Assembly: GCF_964204865.1 (NCBI RefSeq)
Contig: NC_135260.1
Span: 8,184,001-8,248,000, forward strand
Origin: Styela clava
Taxonomy: Eukaryota
Length of the DNA: 64,000 bases
Direction of reading: 5' to 3'
In this document: positions 1-14,391 of the stretch, piece after piece
How the letters are laid out: each line of letters opens with the position of its first letter
Position numbering within the stretch: the first letter of the stretch is position 1
Translations under genes and position numbers: made by a program
Notes under the pieces: generated by a model
The model's input: only the letters and a program-made list of their open reading frames with translations
The model's database searches: none
What the model was told of the DNA's origin: nothing

Positions 1-3000
1 TCATGGTTACCCATTACCGAACCAGAATAATCTAGTGCGTTGAAGCGCGTGCGCGCGTGCGTTGCGTGTTTATATTACGCGTTTTGAGAATTGCTTTCAT
101 TAGTTTTATTGCACACAACGTATATAAATTGGATTTTTCTATTCAGCGCTGTGGTTTCTATGCATTGGTTCAGTGTTTCAATTTCCTTTTTTCCCGCAAT
201 ATATTCATTTTTGCAAACACAGCATTGCTTCTCATATTTATTTCATTTTTGTTCTTTTCTGTCAAATATATACACCATTTAATAACAGTCAGTCAGCTTG
301 TTGGAAGGGGTCAGTCGTTAGTGCATGTACTCATTGTACTGTACTAATCTCCAAATTATTGCTGTAGTCATAAATCACGTCATCAATGCGTCATATTTCT
401 TACGTATGTGCCGGTCAAAGTCCGTGAACATAAATGCAAATCTACCTTAAACAAACTTATAACTGAAACCTGCTCGATACATCGCCATCGCATTTTCATA
501 CTACGGAATACGTTCCTCGGCAATTTCCCCTTGTTCTGCGTTATTCAATACATTCATTCAACTTCTAACTCCATTCAATATACAATTCCACCGTTCGTTC
601 GTGCCAATACTTCTTTCCACTTGAGTCAATGAATTATTATTCAAGTCTCAGTTCTGCGTCATTGATTCTGTATGATATGACTAAGCATGAAATTTAAATA
701 AAAATCCCAAATGTTAATACATTTTCGATCAATTTTTATGAATGGATGAAAAACCTTATCTTTAAACATAATATAAAGCAGTCGTTGAATATTTTGAGCC
801 ACAACTACAAGAAAACATATCTTGTACCGACTATTGAGACCGGACTGTATGAATAATTGAAAGGTGATTTCCCGCAGTTCCGAGAATCGCCAATTTTGAA
901 AATTCTTCGCCTGTTCTTCCAATACTAGTGGAAATTTTGTTGGAAAAATACAAATAAAAAATTTTAAACAGTGAACTTATATATTATGTATTATTTTAAA
1001 TTGGACTCGTATTCCGGTAACTGAACCTAGTGAAAGCAAAACATGCCCTGAAGTAACCCAAGCTCGAGTAGCTAACTCGAAATTGAAGCTACGAAAGTGA
1101 CCTAGAAGCAGAAGGTATTTATAATTATCGTTTCTTACTTTTCAAAGCATACCACAAAAATTTCCACAGTCAACTAAAATCGAGAATTCTAATATTCGGG
1201 GAAAATACCAAATATTTGTAGTATTGAACTGATAATGAATTGTTTGCTGAAAATAAAAATATGAAATTTATATGGCAGTTTTCGTAAATATTCCCTAAAA
1301 CTAGTTTATTCTGTCAATGTTAGCTGTTTTCTATTGTCACCGGGCAAAGAATCGGGTGTTTGGGGCGAAATTCCATCAAACTTTTCAGCTGCGCTTACGT
1401 CCTTGTAATGCACTCTTTTGGAAATTACCAAACGAAATATTTTCACACCATTATTTTGATCATAAATTTTCATCAACAGTCAAGATTGCATTTTCGTGAA
1501 TAACAATGACTCGAGAGAATTCAGTCTCTCTTTAACACTATTTCAAGAAAGTGTAGAATCAGTGCACCATTAATCAGGCATCGCACATCATATCGACAAA
1601 TTTTCATTCTATTGCGGTATTTGTTCTCATGTACTAGAAATGTATTTTATGTGAATTAACATCGGTAAAATCATTTTATTTGCCAACAACAGTCATTAAA
1701 ATAATGTATATATCAATATTACGAATTCTTCTTATCCTGCTTTCATACGTTAGTTAGTTTCTTGTAAGATAACTGCATAATATTTGCTTTACTGATAAGT
1801 TTCACGTCCCAACTCATAAAAAAAACTTGATTCATCGAATGTCAATATTTGCCACATTCGATTTGATTGAATTTTTTTTATCTAAAATAAATAATCCAAA
1901 TTCATCATCTATTTTTTTATCAAAATGAAATCGGGCATTCGATCGAGAAGATGTATTAACCAATAGATTTTTTGAGAGTGAGTTGGAAAGTTGTTGTTTG
2001 CACAGAGCAGGGAAGTTTTTTGAATGTTGTAACTTTGTACCGTTGTGAATTGACTCACATTTTTAATCGCGATGTTTTGAATAATTTACAAGGTGAATTC
2101 CCAAAGTTTAAATTTTCAAATTTTTCAAGTGATCTTTCAAAAATTACATATTTTCATCCAGGTGTCTCTGTGCACGAATAAGCAAATATTTTTCAATTTC
2201 CCGATTTATTTTTAAAACCTCACTTAACTGTTTGTAGAAATCTTAGATACGGGCCATGCAGTATATAGTTTGAATTTTTGTAAAAAAAAACAACGGAAAA
2301 ACTAGATTATATACCGTGCTCTGATTCAAATTATTCAAATTCGTGAATTGTACATTTTTTGCTTTGAATGTATCGATAACTACCCATATCACTTATTTTA
2401 TCATTGGAAAATTCCGCCAGATTTCAGTTTTACTTTGAATGAACATGGAGACGATGATTCAAATGGTTTAATAGTATTACATATTCTTCAGTGTATTAAA
2501 TGTCCGACAGTTTTTCGGGCTGGTTTGAGCTTAAAGCTAGCAAATTTTGATCATACTTTCACATGACTTTTAGTAATTGAGTTATTTAGAAGAATGCGTG
2601 TTACACCACACACTTCGTTACACTACAGACTACGCGAACTAAATATGGCGCGATAGCAAAATAATAATGTTAGACTGTAGTTAGTAGTTAGTAGGACTAT
2701 TTTCAACGAAGTGATGTAAATGCAAGATATCACGTTAGACACTTATTTGAAGCCCAATACGGCGAACATTCAGACGTCAAACAAATGATTCTTTAAATTT
2801 GCAAAAGTTAATTTAATTGACCCAACTACCGTGAGTTTGAATATATGAAGCTTAAATGTGAAAAATCTGAATGACCTCCAAACTTCCCCCATTACATAAT
2901 TCTAAACCAGCACGTAATATATGTTTCTAGAATGGAGAGTTTAATTGATCCATGGCGTATGCCGTAGGGCATTAATTTGACAGTCTCACCACAATTGGAA

Positions 3001-4169
3001 CATGGATGGATATATTGCCCCAATCATTTAAATAACCCCCTCCATGGTGGGTTATTGAGTTGCCACATAGACAGCGGTTTTGACTTTGGAAGCTGCACAA
3101 CATCAATACATGGATATATGTTTTGTATATTACCAGAAGTTAGCATAAGTGGCTGATAAGTTCTGAAAAATCACCCAAAATGATTACAAACGCATTTAAA
3201 AGAATAGAAAACCATAGAAAAGCAAATTACTTAGGGTTGTTCAGTGACGTATATCGATGTTTAAAGGAAGTCAGGCAAAATGGCAATGCCAATAAGGAAA
3301 CAAAAATTAGGAAACTACGCTAACAGGAAATTCGTCATAACTAAATTTGTCGCCGTAATGATAAACTTCCGATACGTAAATGGAATAAATATGTGGACTA
3401 TATGATGGTCGAAATCGCTATTTTAAATTAGTAATCGAATTCATTATTTTGAATTAAATTCTTGAAAGTTCCAAGATACCATATTATGTGAATTTGTTTA
3501 AATTATACCATTTCCGATTACAATAATTCCCGGTTGGAGTTTTTCCATCATAAAATACTTCTTAATCATCACAGATGAACAATATTCCACAAAACGTCTG
3601 AAAAGAAAATAATAAATAGCATACAAATATTTTTGATGTCAGATTTTACAGTCGTGTTATGTGTCAAAATGAAGTTATTTCATTCATGAAGAAAACCCCC
3701 GGTCGTGTTGTTGTGTTGTGTTTTGTCTGATACAAACCACGATGGGCAGTTATTGGACATTCCGCGAAAAATGTTGAACTGGTAGGGTTCAAAAATGAAA
3801 TACTTCATACATTTCGAATAGTTATTTGAAAAACTTAGTTTATAGATTTATTTTGAAACGAATAAAGATTGAGAATAGATAGTTTATTTCGAATGGTATT
3901 TTTGTATTTTTCAACTTATTGTGTTTTTTTTTTATATCGTTGTCAGTTGTCAATGTAGACCAGTCAGTTATGGGAATTCATTCATTCATATTTTCTGAGA
4001 AGTAATTGATTTGCTTTTAATTTTTAACACACTGTATATGTCCTGTTTATTGTTATTGGATCATCGTTCGACTTTTTAAATTGACGTCATATGTACCATA
4101 CTATAAACTGGTCTAAACAAGCCGATGTTGATTTCACTGAGTGTTTACCGTTATCTTATTGTAACTGTT

Positions 4170-7100
4170 GTGTCAAACTACACCGAACCGGCTGCAGTTA
4201 CGCTCTGTTTACCAAACTTGCTTCAGCCATAATAGGAGAGATTGTAAGCAACAAATTCAGTAAAGCTGACGTAATTAAAGTCAGCAGACTGTAGCAAGGT
4301 GAACGAGATAAATTGCGAGTGCAGACCAGCGTGGTATCGTAGCCAAATGTAAATGACGCGAATACAACCATTTTTGGAGAAATCATTGAATGTGTTGATC
4401 CTGCATATTTATAAAAAGTGTTGTAATAGTCATGGAAATAAATCTGCAAATGCTGACTGCGAAAGAGAGAAAAATGTGGTAGAATACAATGGGGGGAGGT
4501 TTAATAGAATTCTCCCAATGTCCACAGCAAGCGCGATTTGTGAACAACCAGTATGTCTTATTGGGTGATTCTTGTGTGACTCCCCCACGTCGATTGCTAA
4601 ATTGTTGTAAACATGTTGATCCAATTCTGGAGATGTCAGATATCCCGTTAACCAATATGCTGTAACTTATTCATTTTCAATCAGTCCCGCGAGGTTGATC
4701 CCCCATTAGGTATGCCAGTCTGCACGTTTCTCTTTCAAATATTATTTGCTAGACTCTAATTGTTCTACGTATTGAATTGGGTATTATTAGTTGGCTATAA
4801 TCGTTGGTCGAATCATGACTACAGTCACGCTAACTAGGTCATTACGCAAATAGTAGAAATATATGCTTGGTTGGCAAAAGCGCCTAAATAACAAATGGAA
4901 AATGTACATAGGTATTGCCTTTAATAAATATAATATAAAAATGGAATATATATAAATATAATAAGTTCATATAAATAGGTTTTGCATTGGTTAAACTTTA
5001 AAGGAGCTACAAACCAAACAATCATTACACCAGAATCTTTTTTAAGCGTAACTAGTCGTTGATTAGTTATTCCCTGTACCACAATGTAACTTTTGGAACA
5101 GACCAGATTAAACCGGCTACAGCTGCCGATGTTGACCAAACTTGTTTCTTCCATAATAGGAAGTGTACCTAACGTCAGACAAGTCCGTGGGCCTTGAGAA
5201 GGTAAACGAGAGACTATGCGAGTACAGTCCATCGCAAGGTAGTAAGTCAATTGTAAATACGCAAAGCAAAAAAAAAATAACTATTTAAGCCTTCAAGGAC
5301 ACGCATTTGCAATCGACACAGAAAATTGATCTGCAAATGTTTACAAAGAAAGAGAGGGAAAATGGTAGACAACAATGAGGGAAAGATTCGATGAGGGTAA
5401 AATTATTTCCATGTTTGCAGATAGCGACTCGTCAACAACTGTTTATCGTGGGGATTTTTGTGCCACTCCCCCGTGTTGATAAATTTATTGAAAACATGTT
5501 GATTGATTCTTTCAGACGATGTCAGGAAATCACGTTTACCGATATATCGCAACTAATTTGTGCTTATCCAGTCCCGAAAAAAGTTAATTCCCCGAGGGGT
5601 GCCTGGTGTACCTGTTTGCACGTTTCTGTGATAAAACCATTTTTTAGAATTTAATCGTTATAAATATCGACTCAGACGACTCTCCAAGATTTATCTACTC
5701 GAATTAGAAAGATCAAATTACTGGCAACACTGATTATACATATATTTGGTATTATGGTTTGGCTAAAATCGTTTATCGAATCATGACTGCAGTCATGTCG
5801 GCCTATAATCGATTATTACGCAACTATTAGAAACATATCTTTGCTTGTCGAAAAACGCTTTATTTTTAACTAATCAAAAAAATGAACAAAATTCTTTTTT
5901 CGCGGGTCTAGCTTTATCTCCTCGAATTCGCATCGGTTTAGGAGCTCCAAAGCACAAAAATCATTATACGTTTTACCGAAATCTCTTATATTTTTGTAGT
6001 GAACAACATTTCAACTTAGCATTTAGCATTTCGTAATAAACAGTTACAAATAGGAATGTACATTTTAGACTTTCCAATCGATTCCGATTATGAGAATATG
6101 AATCATTTGTGTGTTTCGGGCCTGTATTCAAGTTTGCTCTACTCCGTGTTTAGATTCGATTTTATTGTTAAGTTACCAAAAAAGTTCGGGAATTTTGTCT
6201 AATCGTTTGTTTTTGCTCGTGTCTATTGAATTCATTGCATTGCATTCCAACATACTTTGAACTGACCCTGGCGTGCATTTCCACAGTCTTGAGCACATGC
6301 GTCATCACGTTCTGCGGGAACAAGTAAATCTAAAACCCAGTGACGCATGCAAAAGAGAGGATAGGGATTTTCAGAATATTCCCACCCTCCTTCCGACTGA
6401 ATCAAAAGTATTGCTTTCGTCACGGGAAGTCCGCATGATGTGACGTATACTATACTGCGACTATATTATGCACAAAAAGTTTTCGTTCAGAAAGCGTTCT
6501 ATAATAGATAGCTATAATACGTATGTGTAATTTTGACTGTAAAAAAAAAAACAGATTCCCAAAGCCGTTTCACTGATAAAGCATTATGCACGTGGGGTCA
6601 TATCATATATATGTTAGACTAGTCCTAAAGTAATATCCGAACACCCTTATGAAATTCATGTCTTCACATTTTAATGCAGTAATAATACTGGATAACCTCT
6701 GGAGAATGTATCTGTACTCCGATTAGGTCGTATACTTTTCTTTCTTCCTACTTTTTCGTTTCAACTAATTTTCGACAAGTTGAATAGTATATTGAGTACG
6801 TTCATGGAATAAAAGACAAAATATTTGAGTTATGATGTTCGTTTGATATTTGTCAATGTGAGTTGGAGATATTACTTTGGACGCGTGGTGGACCTATGAA
6901 TCGTTTGGTTATTATGTTGTTGTTGTCTTTGGTATTTTCTTCGTATTGTTATGAATGAAATCGCCTTTCTATTTAGCTACTGGACCAATTGCTTTAAAAT
7001 TTAATTTTTAGTGGTTAAATATTGTATTTTCACACGAAGGCTATTACTTTTTCGTGTCCATATATTTGAGCATAACCCTTTTGTTGTTATTAGCACCCTT

Positions 7101-9050
7101 CGACCTTTTAAATTAACGTATCACACAACGTAGCAAAGCTTTTAGTCATATTAGGAAATATAAATGAGCATCAAACAAAGCATATCTTATGTTAGAAAGG
7201 TCAGTAGACCCTAAGAAAGTAAACGAGAGAATATGCGAGTACAGTCCAGCGCAGTGCCATAGCAAATAAATTTTAGATACATCAAAAATATAACTACTCT
7301 TACACACACGCAAAAACTGATCTGCAAATATTGACTACGAAAGAGAAAGGATTAGACCAGTGTCTCCCAACCCGAGTCCGCGGTCCCAAATGAGTCCGCA
7401 GAGCGTTTGAATGAGTGCGCAACGAGCCAAAAATTCACTGCGGGCCGCAAACGTATTTGTGAAACTTTCTTAACTATCAGCCAAGTTACGATTTACGTTA
7501 GAATTTACATAAAACATAAAAAGCCAATTTCTTCACATAACATTAATCGTGTCAATAATTACCGGTTACTGAGTATGGCTGGGCATATAATCGTATATTC
7601 AACTATTAGAATAGCAATTTACTTATCGAAAAGTAGGTAACACGTGACGCGACAGGTCACTTGCGAGTCGCTTAATCAAACGATTAGTTTTCACAACTCT
7701 CTTGCGGATTTTCGACGAAAACAAGAGGCGGCACACGTGTCGATAGATACCTAAGTGGTGTTTGAACAACGAGAAAGAAATTTTTTCTGGTAGGTGTAAA
7801 TGGTGGTAACCCAAATTTTCTAAATTGAAAAGCGGTCCGCGACCGATTGAAGACGCATTTTTAGATATTGCAAATCGCAAAACTTCGAGTGCTACCGTAG
7901 TATAAGTAAATTGTTAGCGACAATTTTAAGGCGATGAATAAGTATTTTTCATTTACTAGTATACTTTAAATATATTTTTAATAAATACTAAATTGAGTTG
8001 TACATTCTGTAAATTTAAAGCAGATAGTAGGATTTTTCTAACGGCGATAACAAATTCGCAAGATTGCAAAAAATATGTATCAAAGCTGAATATAATCGGG
8101 CAATATATTCTCTCATTATTATATTCGCAGATGGCCGTGGAATTTTGGATATTTGAATATTTATCGGAAAATCCCTCTTATTGTAGTGCGCAACATTTCA
8201 ACTACATTTAGTATTTCTTAATAAACAGTTACAAATAGTAATGTTAATTTCGGCCTTTACAACCGATTTTGTTTGAATTGATCTCCAAACAAATTCATGC
8301 AGTGATTCTGAGTGATTATTTGTGTTTTACTGGTATGTATTTAGGTTTGTCCTACTTCGCGTTTAGCTTTGATTTTATTGTTAAGTTACCAAAAAATGTT
8401 TGGGAAATTTTTTCTGCTGTTTTTATTTTTAATACGTGTCTATTGAATTTATTGCATTCCATCGCAACGGACTTTGAACTAATCTGACGTACAATTCCAC
8501 TCACGTGCGTGCATGCGTCATGAACCTCTTCGACAACAAGAGCAGCTCAAACCCATTGACGCGTGCAGAAGTGAGAATAGGGTTCAGGGATTTCAGAATA
8601 CTTCCACCCTCTTTCTTACTGAATCAAAATTACTATTTTCGTCACGGAAAATCCGCTTGTTGTGACGTATACTGCGACTATCGATTCATTCAACCTACAT
8701 ACTAACGCCTATTATATACAAAAAGTTTTCGTTTAGACTATGTATTAAGGATAGGTGTACGTATATGCAATTTTGATTGAACAAAAAAACAATTGACAGA
8801 TTCACAGCTTCCAATGTGCTGTTACACAAATAATACATTGTACAGCTGGGGTAATACCATTTAGCCAAACACGAACTACGTCTAATTTTAAAATTAGCTT
8901 ATATAGATGTAATGCAGTAGCAATGCAGAATTGTGTCAGGTGGAATGCACCTCTACTCAGATTGCGTTAACCTGGTTTCCATTCTACTACTTTTTCGTCT
9001 AAAATTATTTTAGGCTAATTTGGCAATAGATTCAGTGCATTCATAGATGA
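4170..9050 (+). repeat. Degenerate direct-repeat array: module A (~4170-4890, ~5100-5870, partial ~7220-7350) and module B (~5965-6830, ~8165-9050)
   Basis: accggctgcag..accaaacttgcttcagccataatagg (~4187) matches accggctacag..accaaacttgtttcttccataatagg (~5112); ttgtagtgaacaacatttcaact..taataaacagttacaaatag (~5994) matches ttgtagtgcgcaacatttcaact..taataaacagttacaaatag (~8181). Boundaries are approximate. Confidence 0.8.
7358..7855. mobile_element. hAT-like non-autonomous element, one end decayed
   Basis: Begins cagtgtctcccaacc with gtccgcgg subterminal motifs; gcggtccgcgacc near the other end. It interrupts the third module A copy. No TSD confirmed. Confidence 0.55.
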
Positions 9051-9922
9051 ACGTAACATATGGTTAGAGTTTTTTATTTAAAAAAATATTGTTAGTGCAA
9101 TTCAATTCACAAGACGCGAGCTATCCATCAAGGCATTTAATAAACAGTTATATCGAATTGATTGCAATATGACAATTTTTCTCCCCACGTTTGCTAGCGG
9201 TTTTCGCTGAAAAACGAACGAAAAACTCAGATGACAGCTGAGAAATTTCTTCGCATAAGGGCTCTTGAATCGCAAACCAGATATCATTAAAGATAAGAAT
9301 TAAGGATCCTGTTGTCGTCCTGCATCTAATTTTCTGATCTGTTTATCTTAGATTAGGAAAGTTGAGGAAATAGAATCGAAATTATTGCAACCTAACCCAC
9401 GATAAACATATTCAAAGAAACTAGACCATAAAATTATTGATGGGAAAATAACAGAATAGTAACCGGTACCTCGCCCACAGGAATCACCTATCTTGAACAA
9501 CAAGCAATCATATTTCTCAAATCAGTGGTTCCCAACTGTTTTTGGCGCATTTCTCTCCTGGCATATTATTAAGCTCCCCTACTACGCATAAAACATATTT
9601 GCATTCAATTTTTAACGTGACCTTTGCATGCGATACGTGTAACTAGTTAACTGTCTTTTGTTCATTTTGAATGGTTTATAATGTATGCGTATATGTAATA
9701 ACAAATACAATAATAAATAATTAAAATATATTAGAAATACTACACGCAAGCGCAACGTATAAGTTCCTGCCCAGAAACATTCAATTTCCTTTCTGATCAA
9801 GAATTCGTCCTTGCTTGACAAACGTTCTCCAAAATACTACTGGCAGTTGTTATTGTGTGAAAATGAGAGAATATTCTTGAAAAAGAAAGAACGTTCTGTA
9901 TATAGTCACGTGTAAAATCATG

Positions 9923-9930
9923 TATAAAAA
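9923..9930 (+). promoter_or_regulatory. Putative TATA box of IAP copy A
   Basis: TATAAAAA about 75 bp upstream of the ATG at 9999, preceded by an E-box (CACGTG). Confidence 0.45.
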
Positions 9931-9998
9931 CAGCTGAGCTATCTCGCTGTTAGTTACATCGATCGACAAAGTGAGAGAGAGATATAATAAAACTGAAA

Positions 9999-12683
9999 AT
10001 GCCGCAAACGGTTATGCCAAAGTACAAAACGTCCTCAGATGGACTTATGATGTCAGAATTTCCTAAGATCAAGCAAACTGCAACGAGAATAGGTATGTAG
10101 TTTTCCTTGTTTGGAAATTATGTTCCTGCAATGCAAATGTGAATACTGCTTTGAAGGTCTTTTTTTATATAATCACTGTTCGCACCTTCGCGCTTAATGC
10201 GAAATAACAAATACTAATAAAGTTTTTGCTTTATATTATTATAGGCGATCCAAATGATGCGACCTACAGATTAGCTAGTTTTTCTTCATATCTCAACGTA
10301 CCAATACAGCCGAAAATTCTCGCCAAAGCCGGATTTTACTACACGGGACAAGACGATATCACGCGTTGCTTTAGATGTGGATCACGTGTAAGGAACTGGG
10401 AGAAAGACGACAATCCCTGTGATTCAAAATATCACGAACAAGACTGTACAATAAATAGACAAAGACCAACAGGTACTACCGCGGTATATTTGTCGTTGAA
10501 AATATAATTTTAGATTCACCCCTTTAGATAAGTTTTTGAAATTACGCCATATTAAATATATATAATAGGCGAATATGGCGTAGATCAGTGTTTGGCAAAT
10601 AAATCAAAAAATGCGTAATGCAGGCAATTGAGTATCTTATTATAAGCTAGCCTATGAGGTCATTCATCGCACATGACTGGTGCTATTTTTTAGTATGTTG
10701 CGAAATTGTCCTTGGAATGCTAGCCTATTATCAACTGCGTTCCTGGAAGCTTAACATCCGTTGGTACAACTTTACATTTGAATTACTTCCTTGTATTTTA
10801 GATATGCCAACCGCTGAGCAACAGTCGGTTTCTGCTACTCGTACACTTTCGTCGAATTCGGGTCAAACGAATACATTGAATGCGATGGAATCGAATGCTC
10901 ACGAGGTTATTTTTTATTTTTTGAAGCCGAGGGAATTTTAGTTTCATTGTGGCGTCATGTTCGATAACCAATGCTATAAGCATAAATGATCATGCGGTCA
11001 TAACCGAATTTCCGATTCATGTCGAAATCTCAATCACTCTTCCGGGAAATTGTGCAACTGGGAAAATTTTAAATTCGCTGTCACTAAAATTTAATATATT
11101 TCCCTATTCAATTTTATTGTGTTAGTTTCATAAGAAACACATTACAGATTACCCACGCATTATATAAAATATTACGGGATTTCATTTTGACTCAAATTTA
11201 TCCACAGTTCAGTTCGGGTGCGGGAGCAACAAATCAAGAACAATTGTTTGAGACGTTCAATCTGGACCATCCAATAAACCCTCATATGAGAAATGAAGAC
11301 GTTAGAATGTCTACTTTTCGAGACAGAGGAAACTGGCAAGTTCGGAGAATACATGCAACTCCGGAACAACTTGCAAAAGCAGGCTTTTTCTATTTGGGTA
11401 AGCAACATCTTTGAGCCTCGTGCACCGTAATGTTTAAACATAGATAACAATGAATGCATATACAGTATGCTAAACCTGATCATATTTTAGCGATTTAAAA
11501 GAAAATTTCAAGACGAGAGTTAATAAAATCTTACCTAAGGTTATCGATAATGTCATTTAGTATTTGGAAAATATTTTTTATTTGAACTTGCAGGTGAAGA
11601 AGATAAAGTGAAGTGTTTTTACTGCAATGGAGGTCTGTGCGATTGGGAATATAACGACGATCCATGGATAGAGCATGCCAAGTGGTATCCCCAGTAAGTT
11701 AATAAAGAACATTTTCACAACTTCAATTTCCAAAATGTCAACGAATTCATGTCAATTTTTACTTTTTCTTTAAAGTTGTGAGTTTACATTGCATCACAAG
11801 GGACCTGCATTTATAACAGATGTAACTTCACAATTTCCAAACTTAAATCGGTCTACAACAACTTCGTACGATATTCCACCTCCTGGAGCACACGTGGTAT
11901 ACCAGAATTACGGAAGTTGGATTCCGCCACGTCGAAATGGATTCTCTCGTTCTCGCGGCGCCGAAATTATGGATCCGAGAGAAGAAGACAAAAAAAGAGA
12001 AGTTTTGATAGAATCGGCACTAGGTAGTTCTGAATTAATTAAACAAGCACGTGATATGGGATTCACAAACGAAAAACTTCGAAGAGCATTACAAAAGTAA
12101 GTCACAGTTCTGAATAAAATTGTAATATCAACAATCTTGTACGGTTTCATATTTGAATATCGAAATGAACGTTATGTTAGGAATATTGCGTATTGGTAAA
12201 AAAAAAAAAAGAGAAATTATCGAGATTCGTCAGATCATGTTTTCACTACGAAAAAGTAGTTCTCATTATTTTTTGGAAATGCCATAATGTAGGTTAAATA
12301 TTTTGTTTTCATTCCAATAATTTAAAATCTATTCTAGACAATACCAAGTCAAAGAGAGAAATTTTTGCAATATCGACGAAGTACTGGTAACTATTGGCAA
12401 TTTAGAAGACGAAGAACATGTTTCAACGAGAACAAATCACCCATCCACAAATCAAAATTCAACTAACACAACTCTCATGCCTAGTAATCCTGAAGATCGA
12501 GAAAATCGATTAAAACAACTTGAAGAAGAGAAAAAATGCAAAATATGTTTAGATGAAGAAGCAAATGTTGTTTTCGTACCATGTGGACATTTATCTACAT
12601 GTGTATCTTGTGCACAAAGAGTATCAAATTGTCCAATATGCCGGTCGTACGTTCGACAAAAGATCAAAACATACATTTCTTGA
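9999..12683 (+). CDS. Inhibitor of apoptosis protein (IAP/BIRC family) copy A: BIR1 (non-canonical)-BIR2-UBA-like-RING, 7 exons
   Basis: Exons in frame across GT-AG introns: 9999-10092, 10245-10472, 10802-10905, 11208-11397, 11594-11693, 11776-12096, 12338-12683. BIR motifs [19 protein letters not shown] and [45 protein letters not shown]; ARDMGF (UBA-like); C-terminal [45 protein letters not shown]. Confidence 0.93.
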
Positions 12684-14391
12684 TAGATTTCTATTAACAT
12701 TATTGTAATATGTTTCACTTCTTTTTTATGGAAATTTATTTAAATCTAACAGTGTTATATTTAAAACCAGTTTTCACTGAAAAAAAAAACTTTTTGTTAA
12801 CACAAGTCTCTTTTTTATCAAATCATATTAAAAAATTGTAGAACGTTTTGTATAATATTTAATGTCTGTGTAATTTTTTTGCATGGGAAATTTCAATTAA
12901 AAATGTGGTCCATTTCCGTCCCTTTTTTCGTCTTCAATTTTATTTTTATACATTGAAACATTTCCATATATACATATGTTCATATATCTGGAGTGACAGT
13001 CGAAAATGTAATTTTATTATTATTTCTTTTTTAATTAAGTCAACCTCATCTGCCATATAATTTTTATTTTGTATGCATTCTTGCCGAATAACTGTGTGCA
13101 AATTCATCTGGATAAATGTATATTTTCCGTCCCATTCATATATGTATCCTTTCAAGCCACGGTGAGGTGGGGTTCCGACACTAAAGCATTAAACACTTTA
13201 ACCCACTGGGCAAATTGTGACACTGTCTAAAAATGAACACAGAACATGTATGCAGCATTGTGAAAAATATAAGACGACAAAATATAAAATATTTTTTGCG
13301 GCAATTTATTCAAATATGCTATGTTTGGTATCATATTTTACTTTTGAAATCTATTTAATAAAAGTATTTTGATAAACATTTGCGTTTGTTCAAGTATACT
13401 AGGTTAAGCGTTTATTTTAAATTTGTAATAGGTTTAGTACAACATACGACCATCTATCTATCTATTAGGCAAAACACCATATATATAAAATACATACAGT
13501 GCTTAAATGGTATATCGGAGTTTCAGTTATGATGGAGACAGCCAAGAAGTACATTCTCAGATATCATATTTGCATGCAATTTCAAATCAGTGACGGGTAT
13601 TAAATATATTATTTCTCGCGGAAAGTTTTTTTTTATTGGCATGGCATGTATCAATGTTACGTAATTGGAAATATACTGTGGAATTTTTCCGAATAATCGC
13701 AGTTCAAATACACATGACGTCAAAATCGAGTTTTTGTTTAAATTGAATAAAGCATAATATTGTATTGTATAGCCTCTTTTTTGAATAACAAGCCATGCGT
13801 TATCAATAGTAGTCTGTACACGAGACCCACGCATGGATTGAAACCTGATACATACAGCTCGTACGTAAGTTGCGTAGGCTTGTAATGGAATTTTTTTGCA
13901 AGACAAATAAATGCCAGGAAGATTTGTTTCTATTGAACGCCGTTTAGGAAATATCTCAGTATTATTTCGATATACTCGATAGGTATTATCGAGTTTCTTA
14001 TGATAAATATATGACATGAGAGTGGTGACTTCAATGCTAAAATACTTTAGTGCGGTATAGATTTATTTATATAACTTTAAAACGTATTAGGACACGAACA
14101 GTAAATTAAATACAAAATGGGAATTTCTGACATTATTGATTTCTAACGATCAATCGCTAACCATCGATAAAATAATGTTTTGAAATCCAGCTATGTAACA
14201 TAGTAAAATTTCTTTTTAATGGCATTTGTAACAACATGTGATTTGTGAGAAAGTTGTTTAATAATCATATAAGCACACATGATTTGAATCCTTCTATTAA
14301 ATATTCGAGATGTATTCTGTCATATATTTCAATCCAAATGAGTTATGCAAGAGCAGTCACGCCTAGAATTGCCATGGTATATGGTATAGAT

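Noticed and set aside
60-930. Minus-strand fragments with faint zinc-finger or BIR flavour (QCCVCKNE, YRAGFSY, ELREITF)
   Set aside because: In-frame stops, no consistent exon chain and no complete motif; at most a badly decayed pseudogene.
13523-14017. 164-aa minus-strand ORF
   Set aside because: No recognisable motif and AT-rich intergenic composition; probably a chance ORF.
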